Positions 1-10,823 of a stretch of 32,000 bases of DNA are shown piece by piece. A program made the translations under genes and the position numbers. The stretch's first letter is position 1, and the number at the start of each line of letters is the position of its first letter. Under the pieces are notes generated by a model. That model ran no database searches. It saw only the letters and a program-made list of their open reading frames with translations, and was not told the origin of the DNA. The DNA is from Wolbachia endosymbiont of Litomosoides sigmodontis (GTDB lineage: Bacteria; Pseudomonadota; Alphaproteobacteria; Rickettsiales; Anaplasmataceae): NCBI RefSeq assembly GCF_013365435.1, contig NZ_CP046577.1:1013803-1045802 (forward strand), read 5' to 3'.

Positions 1-160
1 TAATATTAGATTTATCATAATCAAAGAAAATCCTTTTTTCTTTCATCTGCTTAACAATAAAGTTAACTTTATTTGTTGCATTTACCTCTCTTTTTTGGCA
101 AGAACTTATACCAGTAAACAGTAAACAAAAACAGCACATTGCAACTAATTTATTCCACAT
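1..160 (-). CDS. pal: Peptidoglycan-associated lipoprotein (Pal/OmpA family), N-terminal 53 codons; continues past the window start
   Basis: Not in the ORF track because it runs off the window. Reverse translation from the ATG at 160..158 gives MWNKLVAMCCFCLLFTGISSCQKREVNATNKVNFIVKQMKEKRIFFDYDKSNI. This shows a signal peptide, a lipobox-like ISSC, then the FDYDKS opening typical of OmpA-like domains. GGAGG lies about 7 nt upstream of the ATG. Confidence 0.6.
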   Translation of the reverse strand, partial: MWNKLVAMCCFCLLFTGISSCQKREVNATNKVNFIVKQMKEKRIFFDYDKSNI

Positions 161-431
161 TACTAAACCTCCATAAATTTTAAAACAGTGCGTAACTTTA
201 ATTTTTAGTAGTTAATAGTCTCTCTATTGCAATATAGTCAAGAAAAATAAAATACTAAACACTTTTTCTACAGTTTTACAATTAATTTTCTAATAAAATG
301 CCAGATCTTTGGTAGAAAAATCTGGCAAAGGTACAATTTTTTATTGTGATTTAAGTAAATATACTTTGTAACTTTATTATTAATCTATTACGATATTAAA
401 CAGATGTTTTCTAAATAAAGATGCACAAATT

Positions 432-1859
432 ATGAAATCTTACAAGTTTCTAGAAGAAGTATTACATAGATTAAAGAATATTGAGAGTACACTAAAAGTA
501 CTAGATCAGAGTCAACTGAACGTAGAGGATAAAATTGAACAAATGGGTCTCCTAGAAGAAATTAGACATGAAGTTATCTCTCACAACATAATAAAAGAGT
601 CACTAGCAGAAGCAGGTGCCCTTGGTAACAAAAAGAAAGGTGATAGTTGGCAGCTAAAGTTAATAGAGAGAATGCATAAAAGTAACAGTGCTATTCCCAT
701 TGATTTAGTAAAATCCCTGTCTAAAGCTAAAATTGAGTGCCAAAATTTATGGAGGCTATCTCAATCTGAATCTAGTAGCTTAGAAAAGCTAAAAGAACGC
801 TTTGCTGACTTGATCAAACTTATTCGTGGAGTAGCTTCAATAAAATCGCAGCAATTAAAATGTTCAAAATATGATTCACTGCTTGCTGACTACGACTCTG
901 ATATTACAGAAAAGGATATAAAAGAAATATTTTCCAAGCTAGGCAAATTTTTTAGCGACAATATAGATAGAATAATTGAAAAGCAGAAGAAAGACAAGAT
1001 TACTAATATACAGAAGATTACTACTCAGAAGCAGATTGAACTTGGCTCGTTATGTTTACAGCAAATAAGTGTTACGTCACACCATACTTTTTATCACTAC
1101 CCTATAGATTACGACGAATCTGATTTTTGTTACGGTTTGTTTTTACTTTTACGGTGTAGTGGTCATGAAATTTATCAAAGATGTTTAGCACAAAATTCTA
1201 TAAGAAGCTCATTTACAAAACACGTTATGTGTGAAGCTCAAGGATTGTTCATGGAAAGAATGATTGGAACATCAAGAGAATTTATTAAATTTATTCAACC
1301 GCATATAAAAGAGAAGTTTACTATAAAAGGCAAAGTTAATGCAAAGATCAATAGTATTGAAAACTTGTACTTGATTTTTAATAAAGTGAATCTTTCCTCT
1401 CCTTTAAAGAAGGCAGATGAATTTAGCCTGCTAGCCCATATCATGTTGAGAACAAAGTTAGAACAAGACATAATAAATGGTACGCTAGAGGTCAAAGACT
1501 TGCATGACGCATGGCTAGTAGGTATGGAACATTATAAAATCCCAGTCAAAGCTAAAAATGAACTAGACACTTATTTTCAAGATAAATATTGGGTAAGCGG
1601 AACTATAGGCTATTTCCCCATTAAAATTATAGCTTTAATTATTGCTGTACAGATTTTTTCTTTCATAAAAAAAAATCATTACGAGTTTTTGGGTGCTATA
1701 ATAAAAGGAGATTTTGGGTTACTCATTGGCTGGTTATCTCAAAACGTATGTAGTGCAAGGTGTGGTTTTTTGGATCTGATGAAAAAAGTAACAGGTAAAG
1801 GCTTAGATGTTGAATGCTGTACTAGCTACTTATCTGAAAAGTATGATTTATCTCAATAA
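432..1859 (+). CDS. M32-family (carboxypeptidase Taq-like) metallopeptidase homolog with a degenerate active site
   Basis: 475-aa ORF. Family-level resemblance from memory: HHTF at the HPF position, DYDESDF, GLFMERMIG, LEVKDLHDAW, and GYFP near the C-terminus. The canonical HExxH position reads R-C-S-G-H (nt 1152-1166). Confidence 0.7.
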   Translation: MKSYKFLEEVLHRLKNIESTLKVLDQSQLNVEDKIEQMGLLEEIRHEVISHNIIKESLAEAGALGNKKKGDSWQLKLIERMHKSNSAIPIDLVKSLSKAKIECQNLWRLSQSESSSLEKLKERFADLIKLIRGVASIKSQQLKCSKYDSLLADYDSDITEKDIKEIFSKLGKFFSDNIDRIIEKQKKDKITNIQKITTQKQIELGSLCLQQISVTSHHTFYHYPIDYDESDFCYGLFLLLRCSGHEIYQRCLAQNSIRSSFTKHVMCEAQGLFMERMIGTSREFIKFIQPHIKEKFTIKGKVNAKINSIENLYLIFNKVNLSSPLKKADEFSLLAHIMLRTKLEQDIINGTLEVKDLHDAWLVGMEHYKIPVKAKNELDTYFQDKYWVSGTIGYFPIKIIALIIAVQIFSFIKKNHYEFLGAIIKGDFGLLIGWLSQNVCSARCGFLDLMKKVTGKGLDVECCTSYLSEKYDLSQ

Positions 1860-1873
1860 AATGGTCTCTTTGA

Positions 1874-2956
<1,083 letters not shown>

Positions 2957-3030
2957 GTATGATAACTGTTTTGAAGGTAATTTATTAATTTTTTTTTGAT
3001 GAAATTGTGCATCATAAATTAGATTACAGG

Positions 3031-3479
3031 ATTAATTATCTATCATTGTTAATAGGTCAAAATAAGTGACATTGCAGAATTGTTTAATTACGGAGTAAGG
3101 AAGAGAGGTAATAAATTTGCACAAAGCGCTCTCAAGTAAAGCAATTTTATTATTGCCTTTATTATACAAAATGTTCTGTTTTATATATAACCAAAATCTC
3201 TCAATAAGGCTGAGCTCCAGTGAGTATGGTAATAGATATATAACCTAGATATTTTTAGATACCTTTAAATTTTTCAACCTATATCAATTAACACAATCCA
3301 TGATAAGAGAGGCTTTCCATGTTTTTAAATGTTGTAACCTTTATTCAAGGAATATATTCACATAATCAGTGTTGACATTCGGTATAAATAAGCTAGGATT
3401 CTCTTCATTTTTAAGCTCAATTGTGCTGTAGAGATAAAATTTATGCCTACCTAATTTTACTTTAACTGTGTTTTAACAC
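3031..3479 (-). mobile_element. Degenerate IS630-family element, 3' (right-end) half only; forms the left arm of foldback composite A
   Basis: Reverse complement of 4135-4572. About 350 bp (3062-3410) differ from the partner arm at only 3 positions. The outer about 30 bp and inner about 60 bp are more diverged. It carries the antisense of the transposase C-terminal remnant. Confidence 0.85.
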
Positions 3480-4572
3480 CAACTCTCCTGCGTAAAAAAT
3501 GGACAAATAATAATGAAAAAGAAGCCATATTGAAGTAAGTAAAATAGCAAGATTTAAATGGCACTAGAATCAAAATTATTAGGTAAAAATCATGAAATTA
3601 GTGAAAGAAATGCTGAAGACAGTACAAAACAACGCATATGTTGCAAAAAACCAATGCTGTAATTGCAGCAAAAAAGCACAGTATAACAGCCATAGCAAAA
3701 GTATGTTGTTGTATTTTTTAAATAGCACTAACTGCATGAATAAAGCACTTAAAATTTGGAAGAGGAGAAAATTCCTTGCCTCCCCCTCTAAACGTTATAG
3801 AAAAAGCAGATTGAATCAGAGCTAATTTGAATAAGTTGAAGTATAGATACCAAAAAAACTAATATCATCACTAAAAAAATGAGAATAAGAACCCAGGAAA
3901 AATTTGCCTTAAATGTCAGTAAGTCTATAGCACATCGTAATATACAAAAAATGAAATTTTCATATATTACGCAAAACCAATTCACAATAAACAAGATAAA
4001 GATAGATAAGAAGAGCTAAAAAAACTTAATGAGATTATTGGTAAGCACCCTAAACAAGAGGTTATTCATCTTTGATAAATTGCAGTTTAGCATATATTCA
4101 AGTTGACACGGGTATTTAAAAACGGCATTAGAACATAGGTTAAAGTAAAATTAGGTAGGCAAATTTTTTTATCTCTATAGGCCAATTAAGCCTAAAAATG
4201 AAGAGAATCCCAGCTTATTTATACCGAATGTCAACACTGATTATGTGAATATATTCCTTGAATAAATGTTACAACATTTAAAAATATGGAAAGCCTCTCT
4301 TATCATGGATTGTGTTAATTGATATAGGTTGAAAAATTTAAAGGTATCTAAAAATATCTAGGTTATATATCTATTACCATACTCACTGGAGCTCAGCCTT
4401 ATTGAGAGATTTTGGTTATATATAAAACAGAACATTTTGTATAATAAAGGCAATAATAAAATTGCTTTACTTGAGAGCGCTTTGTGCAAATTTATTACCT
4501 CTCTTCCTTACTCCGTAATTAAACAATTCTGCAATGTCACTTATCTTACTCACTAACAATAAGAATTGGTAT
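3480..4572 (+). mobile_element. Degenerate full-length IS630-family element (transposase pseudogene); body plus right arm of composite A
   Basis: The sense frame reads ...LIMDCVN*YRLKNLKVSKNI*VIYLLPYSLELSLIERFWLYIKQNILYN...ALLESALCKFITSLPYSVIKQFCNVTY. This corresponds to the IS630/Tc1-mariner LIMDNA..H (second D) and LPPYSPELNPIE..W motifs. Multiple stops and frameshifts are present. The right end ...AAGAATTGG is followed by TA. Confidence 0.85.
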
Positions 4573-5335
4573 TATTTCAGTAATGCTTCTTTTCCATTAT
4601 TATCTATCCGTTCTTTATAAAGTAGAAATTGGTATAAAAACTTTAAACTAAGAAATCTCTTCCTAAGTTTAGCAGATTTCTTCTATTCGGTGCTATTTAG
4701 TAAATTTCTCAAATATTTGTATTATCTACCGTCATCCAGCTGTTTGTTAGCGTAACTTAGAGATATCGCGAATAAATCTCGGTACAATGAATTGCGTCTA
4801 ACATGTAACCAGGGAAAAAAGGTATAAATCCTAATAGTATTGAAACGGCAATGTTCGATATCATGAAAATAACTGACACTGAAAGCCTACTGTTTATCTT
4901 AAATCAATTCTGAAGAATTAAAGATTATATATGCACCAAAATCACTACTTTATCACTATAAAAGTAATTGCCACTTATATTTTTGGACTATCTTCATAAT
5001 AATTAGAGACTACTTCATTAAGTGAATGAAAAATATTTCCCCCTTCTTCAAGAAATTTGTTATATTGGTTGTGGTTACTTGATTTCATTTTTACTGGCCT
5101 ATTTTTTCTTAAGCAATTAAATAGTCATTTATAATGAACTCTATCAGCAACCACACTAAGTTTCTTGGCCATTATGCAACAAAGCCATGCCAATGTCAGT
5201 TACTCTGGTAACAATAGAAAGTTGCAGTTACCCAAGCAGCTAATACTGGGATTTAGGCTTTTTACACTGAACTCCCTATCATAAGATAAAGAGAGGCAAA
5301 GCTTACCCCATTTACTACATTTACTTATAAGTTAT

Positions 5336-6451
5336 ATGCTAAAAGAACTTAAAATTGAACCTCTGTTAAAAGATAAAGCTCCACATCAAATCAAGGCTGT
5401 AGTTGCAATGTCTGGTGGAGTAGATAGCTCCGTTGCTGCAGTGTTACTACATCATCTCGGGTATCAAGTAATTGGTGTAACTCTTCAGCTATATGCTACT
5501 GATAGTAGCAATGCCAATGCAAGAAAAGGTGCATGCTGCGCCGGACAAGATATTTACGATGCCAAGCATGTAGCTGAAAGTACTGGGTTTCCTCATTATA
5601 TCTTAAATTATGAAAAAATATTCAAAAAAGAAGTGATAGAGAATTTTGCACAAACCTATATGCAGGGAAAAACTCCTATACCATGCATAAAATGTAACCA
5701 AACAGTAAAGTTCCGTGATTTATTACAAATCACAAAAAATCTTAGTGCAGATGTCTTAATTACAGGACACTACGCGAGAAGATTAGAAAAAAATGGTGAA
5801 GTAAAGTTGTATAGAGGCATAGATAAAAGTAAAGACCAAAGCTATTTTCTGTTTACCATAACAAAGAAGCAGTTGGAATTTTTGAGATTTCCACTTGGCA
5901 AGTTCTGTAAACACGATGTAAGAAAATTAGCAAAGTACTTTAATTTGCCAATTTCTGAGAAGCCAGATAGTCAAGATATATGCTTTGTTTCCGAAAGCTA
6001 CAGCAAAACAATAGCTAAGCTAGCTCCACAATCTGTACAGAAAGGCAAAATTGTAGATGTAAATGGAAAAGTACTAGGCGACCATAATGGTATAGTAAAC
6101 TTTACAGTGGGACAAAGAAAAGGGTTAGGTATCGCACATAGTGAACCTCTTTATGTTGTAAGAATCAACACGAAAAATAATGAAATAGTAGTAGGACCAG
6201 TTAATGCACTAATGCAAAGAAAAGTATTAGTTAAGGAGTTAAATTGGTTAGAACAACCAAAGGAAGGTATGGAAGTAATTGTAAAGCTCCGTTCATCACA
6301 CTCGGGAAATTTGGCAACAATATATCCAATCAGAGAACAAAATAAAGCTTATGTCATTTTAAACGAAGATTACTTTGGCATCAGCCCTGGCCAAGCCTGT
6401 GTAGTATACAAAGATGAGCAAGTTATCGGGGGTGGATGGATATGTTCTTAA
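5336..6451 (+). CDS. mnmA: tRNA-specific 2-thiouridylase MnmA
   Basis: 371 aa. PP-loop AMSGGVDSSVAA, plus CCAGQD, PCIKCN and KDQSYFL. Confidence 0.95.
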   Translation: MLKELKIEPLLKDKAPHQIKAVVAMSGGVDSSVAAVLLHHLGYQVIGVTLQLYATDSSNANARKGACCAGQDIYDAKHVAESTGFPHYILNYEKIFKKEVIENFAQTYMQGKTPIPCIKCNQTVKFRDLLQITKNLSADVLITGHYARRLEKNGEVKLYRGIDKSKDQSYFLFTITKKQLEFLRFPLGKFCKHDVRKLAKYFNLPISEKPDSQDICFVSESYSKTIAKLAPQSVQKGKIVDVNGKVLGDHNGIVNFTVGQRKGLGIAHSEPLYVVRINTKNNEIVVGPVNALMQRKVLVKELNWLEQPKEGMEVIVKLRSSHSGNLATIYPIREQNKAYVILNEDYFGISPGQACVVYKDEQVIGGGWICS

Positions 6452-6471
6452 CTAGAGGTTCTATAGTGTTA

Positions 6472-7538
6472 TACTAATTCTCACTATACAAGAAACGGAT
6501 CTTCAATAATGGAAAGAAGCTATACTGAAACAAGTAAAATAGCTATATTTAAATAGTATCAAAATTATTAGATAAAAAATCGTGAAATCAGGAAAGAAAT
6601 GCTGAAGAAAGTATAAAATAACTCATATGTTACAAAAAAATCAAATGCTGTAATTGTAATAAAAACATAGTATAACAGCCGTATCAAGAATAGCACTAAC
6701 TGTATGAATAAAATACCTAAAATTTGGAAGAGAAAAAATTATTTTCTCTTTCCAATGCGTGAAAAAATTAGATTAAATCCAAGTTAATTTGAACAAGTTG
6801 AAGTATGGATATAAAAAAACCATAATATTATCATTAAAGAAATAAGAACTCAGAAAAAATTTGGCTTGAATATCAACAAGTCTACACTACACCGTAGTAT
6901 GCAAAAAATAAAGTTTTATATATTACGCCAAGACCAATTCACAATGAACAAGATAAAGGTAGACAGGAAAGAGTTTCAAAACAACTTAATGAAAGTATTG
7001 ATAAGTATCCTGAATAAGAGTTATTCACCTTTGATGAATTGCAGTTTGGCACATGTTCAAAAGTTGAATACTGTGATTTTAAAAAGGCATTGGAACATAG
7101 GTTAAAGTAAAATTAGCTAGACAAAATCTTTATCTCTATAATGCAGTTAATCCTAGAAATGAAGAGAGTTCTAGCTTATTTGTATCAAATGTTAATACTG
7201 ATTATATGAATACATTTCTTGAATAAATGCCGCAATATTTAAGAATACGAGAAGCCTTTCTTATCATGGACTATGCTAGTTGATCTAAGCCAAAAATTTA
7301 GAAGTATTTTAAAATATCGAGGCTATATACTTACCACTACACCTCTTAAGCTTATCCTATTGAGAGATTTTGGTTTTATATATAAAATGGAATATTTTAT
7401 GTAATAAAGTCTATATCTATAATACAATCGCCTTGCTTGAGAGCGCTTCGTGCGAATTTATCACCTCTCTTTTTCACCACGCAATTAAACAACTCTACAA
7501 TGTTACTTATTTGACTCACTAACAATCAGAATTCACTC
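6472..7538 (+). mobile_element. Degenerate full-length IS630-family element (transposase pseudogene)
   Basis: Colinear with 3480-4572, 11307-12339 and 22089-23191 at roughly 75-80% identity by eye. Left end TA|CTAATTCTCACTATACAAG. It contains the remnants ...SPLMNCSLAHVQKLN (FxDE region) and ...LIERFWFYI. The longest ORF is 79 aa. Confidence 0.85.
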
Positions 7539-7848
7539 TAACAATCAACTGATAAAATTACATCTAAGTTGTAAAATTGTGCAAGATACTTTAATTATCA
7601 TCAGAAGCAGTTGTTTCTAAAATGGGAGCAATTACTTCCTCTTAATAATTTACCATATCTAAATATGTTCTTTATGTATTTACTAATATCTAGAAATTGC
7701 ACATCAAACACAACTCTGCCATTTTTTTGCGCAAGTTATAAATACTTTCCTGGTACAAAACATCAATTCTTATATCTTCATTTGGAGGTATATATAATAG
7801 AACTTCGCTTTCTACTATCTTTCTAGTTATTCTACGTATAGTTCCCGA
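7539..7848 (-). pseudogene. RhuM-family (virulence-protein-like) gene remnant, N-terminal part only, abutting the IS right end
   Basis: Minus-strand frame: NSGTIRRITRKIVESEVLLYIPPNEDIRIDVLYQESIYNLRKKMAELCLMCNF*ILVNT*RTYLDMVNY*EEVIAPILETTASDDN*. This parallels the remembered RhuM N-terminus (..YxxEDgxIxIEVxxxxETVWLTQxQMAELFxxxxxxIxxHIKNIFxxGELxEExVxxxFxxTAxDGK). There is no start codon and there are at least 4 in-frame stops. Confidence 0.45.
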
Positions 7849-8415
7849 ATTTTAAAAATTTACTCCATACTGTAGAGTATGTTTTGGCTGTTCATTAGCC
7901 AATTTTCAATAGATTGTTTGTGCTTTTCTATTTTATAGTAGTGCCCAAGTTATCCATATTTAATTCTCTCTTTCTCTACCAGTTCTAATAATGTGCTGTT
8001 TTCTGACAAATTACATTAATAATTTAACCTTTATGCTGAAAATAGCAATCCATTTCTGAAATGTGTGATAAATTATACTCACTTGGGGCTGTAGAGACTT
8101 TTAGAGTATTTACTTTATTCATCATAAAAACTATCATATGCAGTGTAATATTGACCTCATACTCGTGGCTTAATTTATAAGTCAGTGTATGTCTTATATT
8201 ACACATTCCTAATTTCTCATTGAGTACTGATAGTAATCAGTATATCAAGATTACCTCCACAAGGTAATCCACGTATAACTCTAGTGCCTTGTAAAAGGTA
8301 ATACAAAAATTAAAATGAAATTTGATACAGGTTTATGATTGGAATAAATATATTGAATTTAAGTCATTCATATCATGCTGCTTATTTGTATGAAACTTAC
8401 CTTCTCCTTCAAAAG

Positions 8416-9666
8416 CTAACTCACCATAATTTTTATGTGGCGTTTCTTTCCTGCAGAAAGTTTTATAAACGACTGATCTTTAAAGCTTTTAGAATTTATT
8501 ATGTAATTAATATCATTTATAGTATGATCATTAACTCTGCATCCATTGCCCTGTATTAAACGCTTTGCAGCACCTTTTGAAGGTTCAAGACCTATATCAT
8601 ACAGTAAGCCTACTAACGATATGCCATTTGCTACTTGTTCTTTTGTTATAGTATAATCAGGAAGTAGAGAGTCGTCTTCATTTTCAAAAACAGAGACTGC
8701 AGCAGATTGTGCAAGTTCTGTTTCTTTATCACCATGACATATTTTTGTCACCTCTGTTGCCAAAACTTTTTTTGCTTCGTTTATTTCTTGATTTTTTAAA
8801 GATTCTAGTTCTTTAATCTCATCAATTGATAAGTCAGTGAAAAATCTCAAAAAGCGCCCAATGTCTTGATCATCAATGTTGCGAAAGTACTGCCAGTAGT
8901 CATAAGGCTTTAGCATATCACCATCAAGCCACACAGTACCACTCTCAGTTTTGCCCATTTTTTTTCCATGAGTACTCAACAAAAGAGGCGTAGTAAGACC
9001 AAATAGCTCAGGTAAATTCAATTTTTTGCCAAGTTCAATTCCACTTATTATATTTCCCCACTGGTCCGATCCTCCTATTTGTAAACGGCAGTCATACCTT
9101 TTGTTTAACTCAGCAAAGTCGTAAGCCTGTAATAACATGTAATTAAATTCTAGAAAACTTAGATTTTGTTCTCTATCAAGTCTAGTTTTTACACTATCAA
9201 AACTGAGCATGCGATTTACAGAAAAATGCACCCCTATATCACGCAAAAAATCTATGTATTTTATATTATCTAGCCAATCTGCATTATTTACTATAATTGC
9301 ACCAGTCTTTCCATCATCAAAAGATACCATTTTCTCAAGCACTTTTTTTATGCTAGATATATTTTGATTTATATTTTCAATAGGCAAAAAGCTTCTTGCT
9401 TTGTCTTTACCAGATGGATCACCAATCTTTGTTGTGCCACCTCCAAGTAAAACTATCGGCTTATAACCGAATTTTTGTAGGTGACGAAGCATCATAATTT
9501 GGATTAAGCTACCAATATGAAGACTTGACGCTGTACAATCAAACCCAATATACGCAACCACATAGTTATCCTGTAATAGTAATTGGTCTAACCCTTTAAT
9601 ATTTGTACATTGATACAGATATCCTCTTTCTTGAATGAGATTTAAAAATTCAGACTTGTGCTTCAC
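8416..9666 (-). CDS. tyrS: Tyrosine--tRNA ligase
   Basis: 416 aa. HIGH motif as HIGSL and KMSKS motif as KMGKT. GGSDQWGNI is present, and the C-terminus is S4-like (AAKRLIQGNGCRVN). Confidence 0.95.
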   Translation of the reverse strand: MKHKSEFLNLIQERGYLYQCTNIKGLDQLLLQDNYVVAYIGFDCTASSLHIGSLIQIMMLRHLQKFGYKPIVLLGGGTTKIGDPSGKDKARSFLPIENINQNISSIKKVLEKMVSFDDGKTGAIIVNNADWLDNIKYIDFLRDIGVHFSVNRMLSFDSVKTRLDREQNLSFLEFNYMLLQAYDFAELNKRYDCRLQIGGSDQWGNIISGIELGKKLNLPELFGLTTPLLLSTHGKKMGKTESGTVWLDGDMLKPYDYWQYFRNIDDQDIGRFLRFFTDLSIDEIKELESLKNQEINEAKKVLATEVTKICHGDKETELAQSAAVSVFENEDDSLLPDYTITKEQVANGISLVGLLYDIGLEPSKGAAKRLIQGNGCRVNDHTINDINYIINSKSFKDQSFIKLSAGKKRHIKIMVS

Positions 9667-9724
9667 GGTTTACTTTTATTAATTAAAGTGATTCTAACTC
9701 ACAAATCTTATAAATGGAAGAAAG

Positions 9725-10051
9725 TTAATTCCACAATTCTTCTATTTTATAATATTCCCTTACCTCTGACCTGAATATATGAACCATTATGTCTTGAAAA
9801 TTCAAAATCACCCAATTGCCTTCATCCATACCTTCCACATCTATTTTATAATATTGCTTAAAACTTTTTATTACATGTTCAGCTAATGCCTTCACATGGC
9901 GACTTGAATCACCAGATGCAATAATCATATATTTTGCAATAAAGGTTTTATTTTGCACATCAAAAATGACTATATTATGACCTTTATTTTGATCTATTGT
10001 ACTTACAATTGTGCTTTTTATTGATTCTGTATCACTGGATACGTTAGTCAT
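9725..10051 (-). CDS. rsfS: Ribosome silencing factor RsfS (iojap family)
   Basis: 108 aa. Typical iojap core: IAKYMIIASGDSSRHVKALAEHV...EGMDEGNWVILNFQDIMVHIF..EVREYYKIEELW. Confidence 0.85.
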   Translation of the reverse strand: MTNVSSDTESIKSTIVSTIDQNKGHNIVIFDVQNKTFIAKYMIIASGDSSRHVKALAEHVIKSFKQYYKIDVEGMDEGNWVILNFQDIMVHIFRSEVREYYKIEELWN

Positions 10052-10220
10052 TATACTAGATTATATAATTCATTTATAATTATACACCCAAAATCTCTAA
10101 ACATAAACCATTTTGATATAGTTGCTTGCTAAGCAAGTAGTTTAAGCTTTCAGTGTAACAATATGTACAGCACATATCCTCTTGTATACAATGAAAGGTA
10201 ATTTCTCTATTATATTTATT

Positions 10221-10763
10221 ATGAGTAAGACTCTCATTTACTTAATCGGCTTCCTAGGTAGGAGAAAATTGATTATTGCAAAAGAACTATGTAAGGTCAT
10301 TGATGCGGTGATAGTAAGCAATAACCTTTTTAATAATATTATACTCAAAATCGTTAAATTAAGTAATACCGAAGTTACAGGTAACTTATGAAAAAAATTT
10401 TTACAATCAGAGAAAATATGTTAGCAATATTAGAACAGTATTCCACAAAATCAAAGCATTACATATTTATAAATGAATTATATAGATGGTAATCCCCGCA
10501 CCTAAAAAGTATACTACTCAGTAGTAAACTTAAGCAAAAAAATGAGCGTAAAAATTCTTTTTATGGTATTACGTTGCAATAGTAAAGGACTAGTAGAGCG
10601 GATCCAATCAGAAGATAGGCATCAGGAAAATAAAATTACCGATTTAGATCTTGCTTCAAAGAAAATTGAAAGAAAAAGGTTATTTGTATCTAAAGGTGCT
10701 TTTGAGATTAACAACTCGAAATTAAGCGTAAAGAGGGTTGCAAAAAAATTGCTGACAAGATAA
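10221..10763 (+). pseudogene. P-loop kinase/AAA_33-like ATP-binding protein pseudogene, split into three frame fragments
   Basis: Fragment 1: MSKTLIYLIGFLGRRKLIIAKELCKVIDAVIVSNN. Its Walker A is degraded to GFLGRRKL and it ends in a stop at 10389. Fragment 2 is shifted at an A7 run (10391-10397): KKIFTIRENMLAILEQYSTKSKHYIFINELYRW*. Fragment 3 returns to the first frame: ILFMVLRCNSKGLVERIQSEDRHQENKITDLD...FEINNSKLSVKRVAKKL. Confidence 0.5.
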
Positions 10764-10823
10764 AGAACAGAAAAAGATTAATTAAAACCTCCGCAACAAA
10801 TAATCTAATAACAGGACATACTT

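Noticed and set aside
1295-1495. Antisense or alternative-frame ORFs nested inside well-supported genes: 1295..1495, 2065..2403, 14461..14649, 14480..14713, 15077..15280, 15752..15949, 20173..20355, 21046..21243, 24562..24783, 29082..29321, 29457..29801, 30162..30359, 31494..31757.
   Set aside because: Each lies wholly or largely within a conserved housekeeping CDS. None has recognisable motifs. Their compositions are typical of antisense or off-frame reading.
3592-3994. Short ORFs inside IS remnants: 3592..3825, 3788..3994, 6866..7105, 17992..18297, 22188..22532, 22561..22761, 28251..28451.
   Set aside because: These are fragments, sense or antisense, of the decayed IS630-family transposase. 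None approaches the expected roughly 340-aa length.
4960-5280. Minus-strand reading ...SISCLGNCNFLLLPE*LTLAWLCCIMAKKLSVVADRVHYK*...NKFLEEGGNIFHSLNEVVSNYYE, vaguely like the HTH N-terminus of a second, different IS630-type transposase.
   Set aside because: The similarity is weak and from memory only. I found no DDE region or TIRs. It needs blastx before being called.
7611-8559. ORFs 7611..7826, 8024..8206 and 8335..8559 in the mnmA-tyrS spacer.
   Set aside because: 7611..7826 is antisense to the RhuM-like remnant. 8335..8559 overlaps the tyrS 3' end. 8024..8206 has no recognisable features. I could not assign 7849-8415 to any family.
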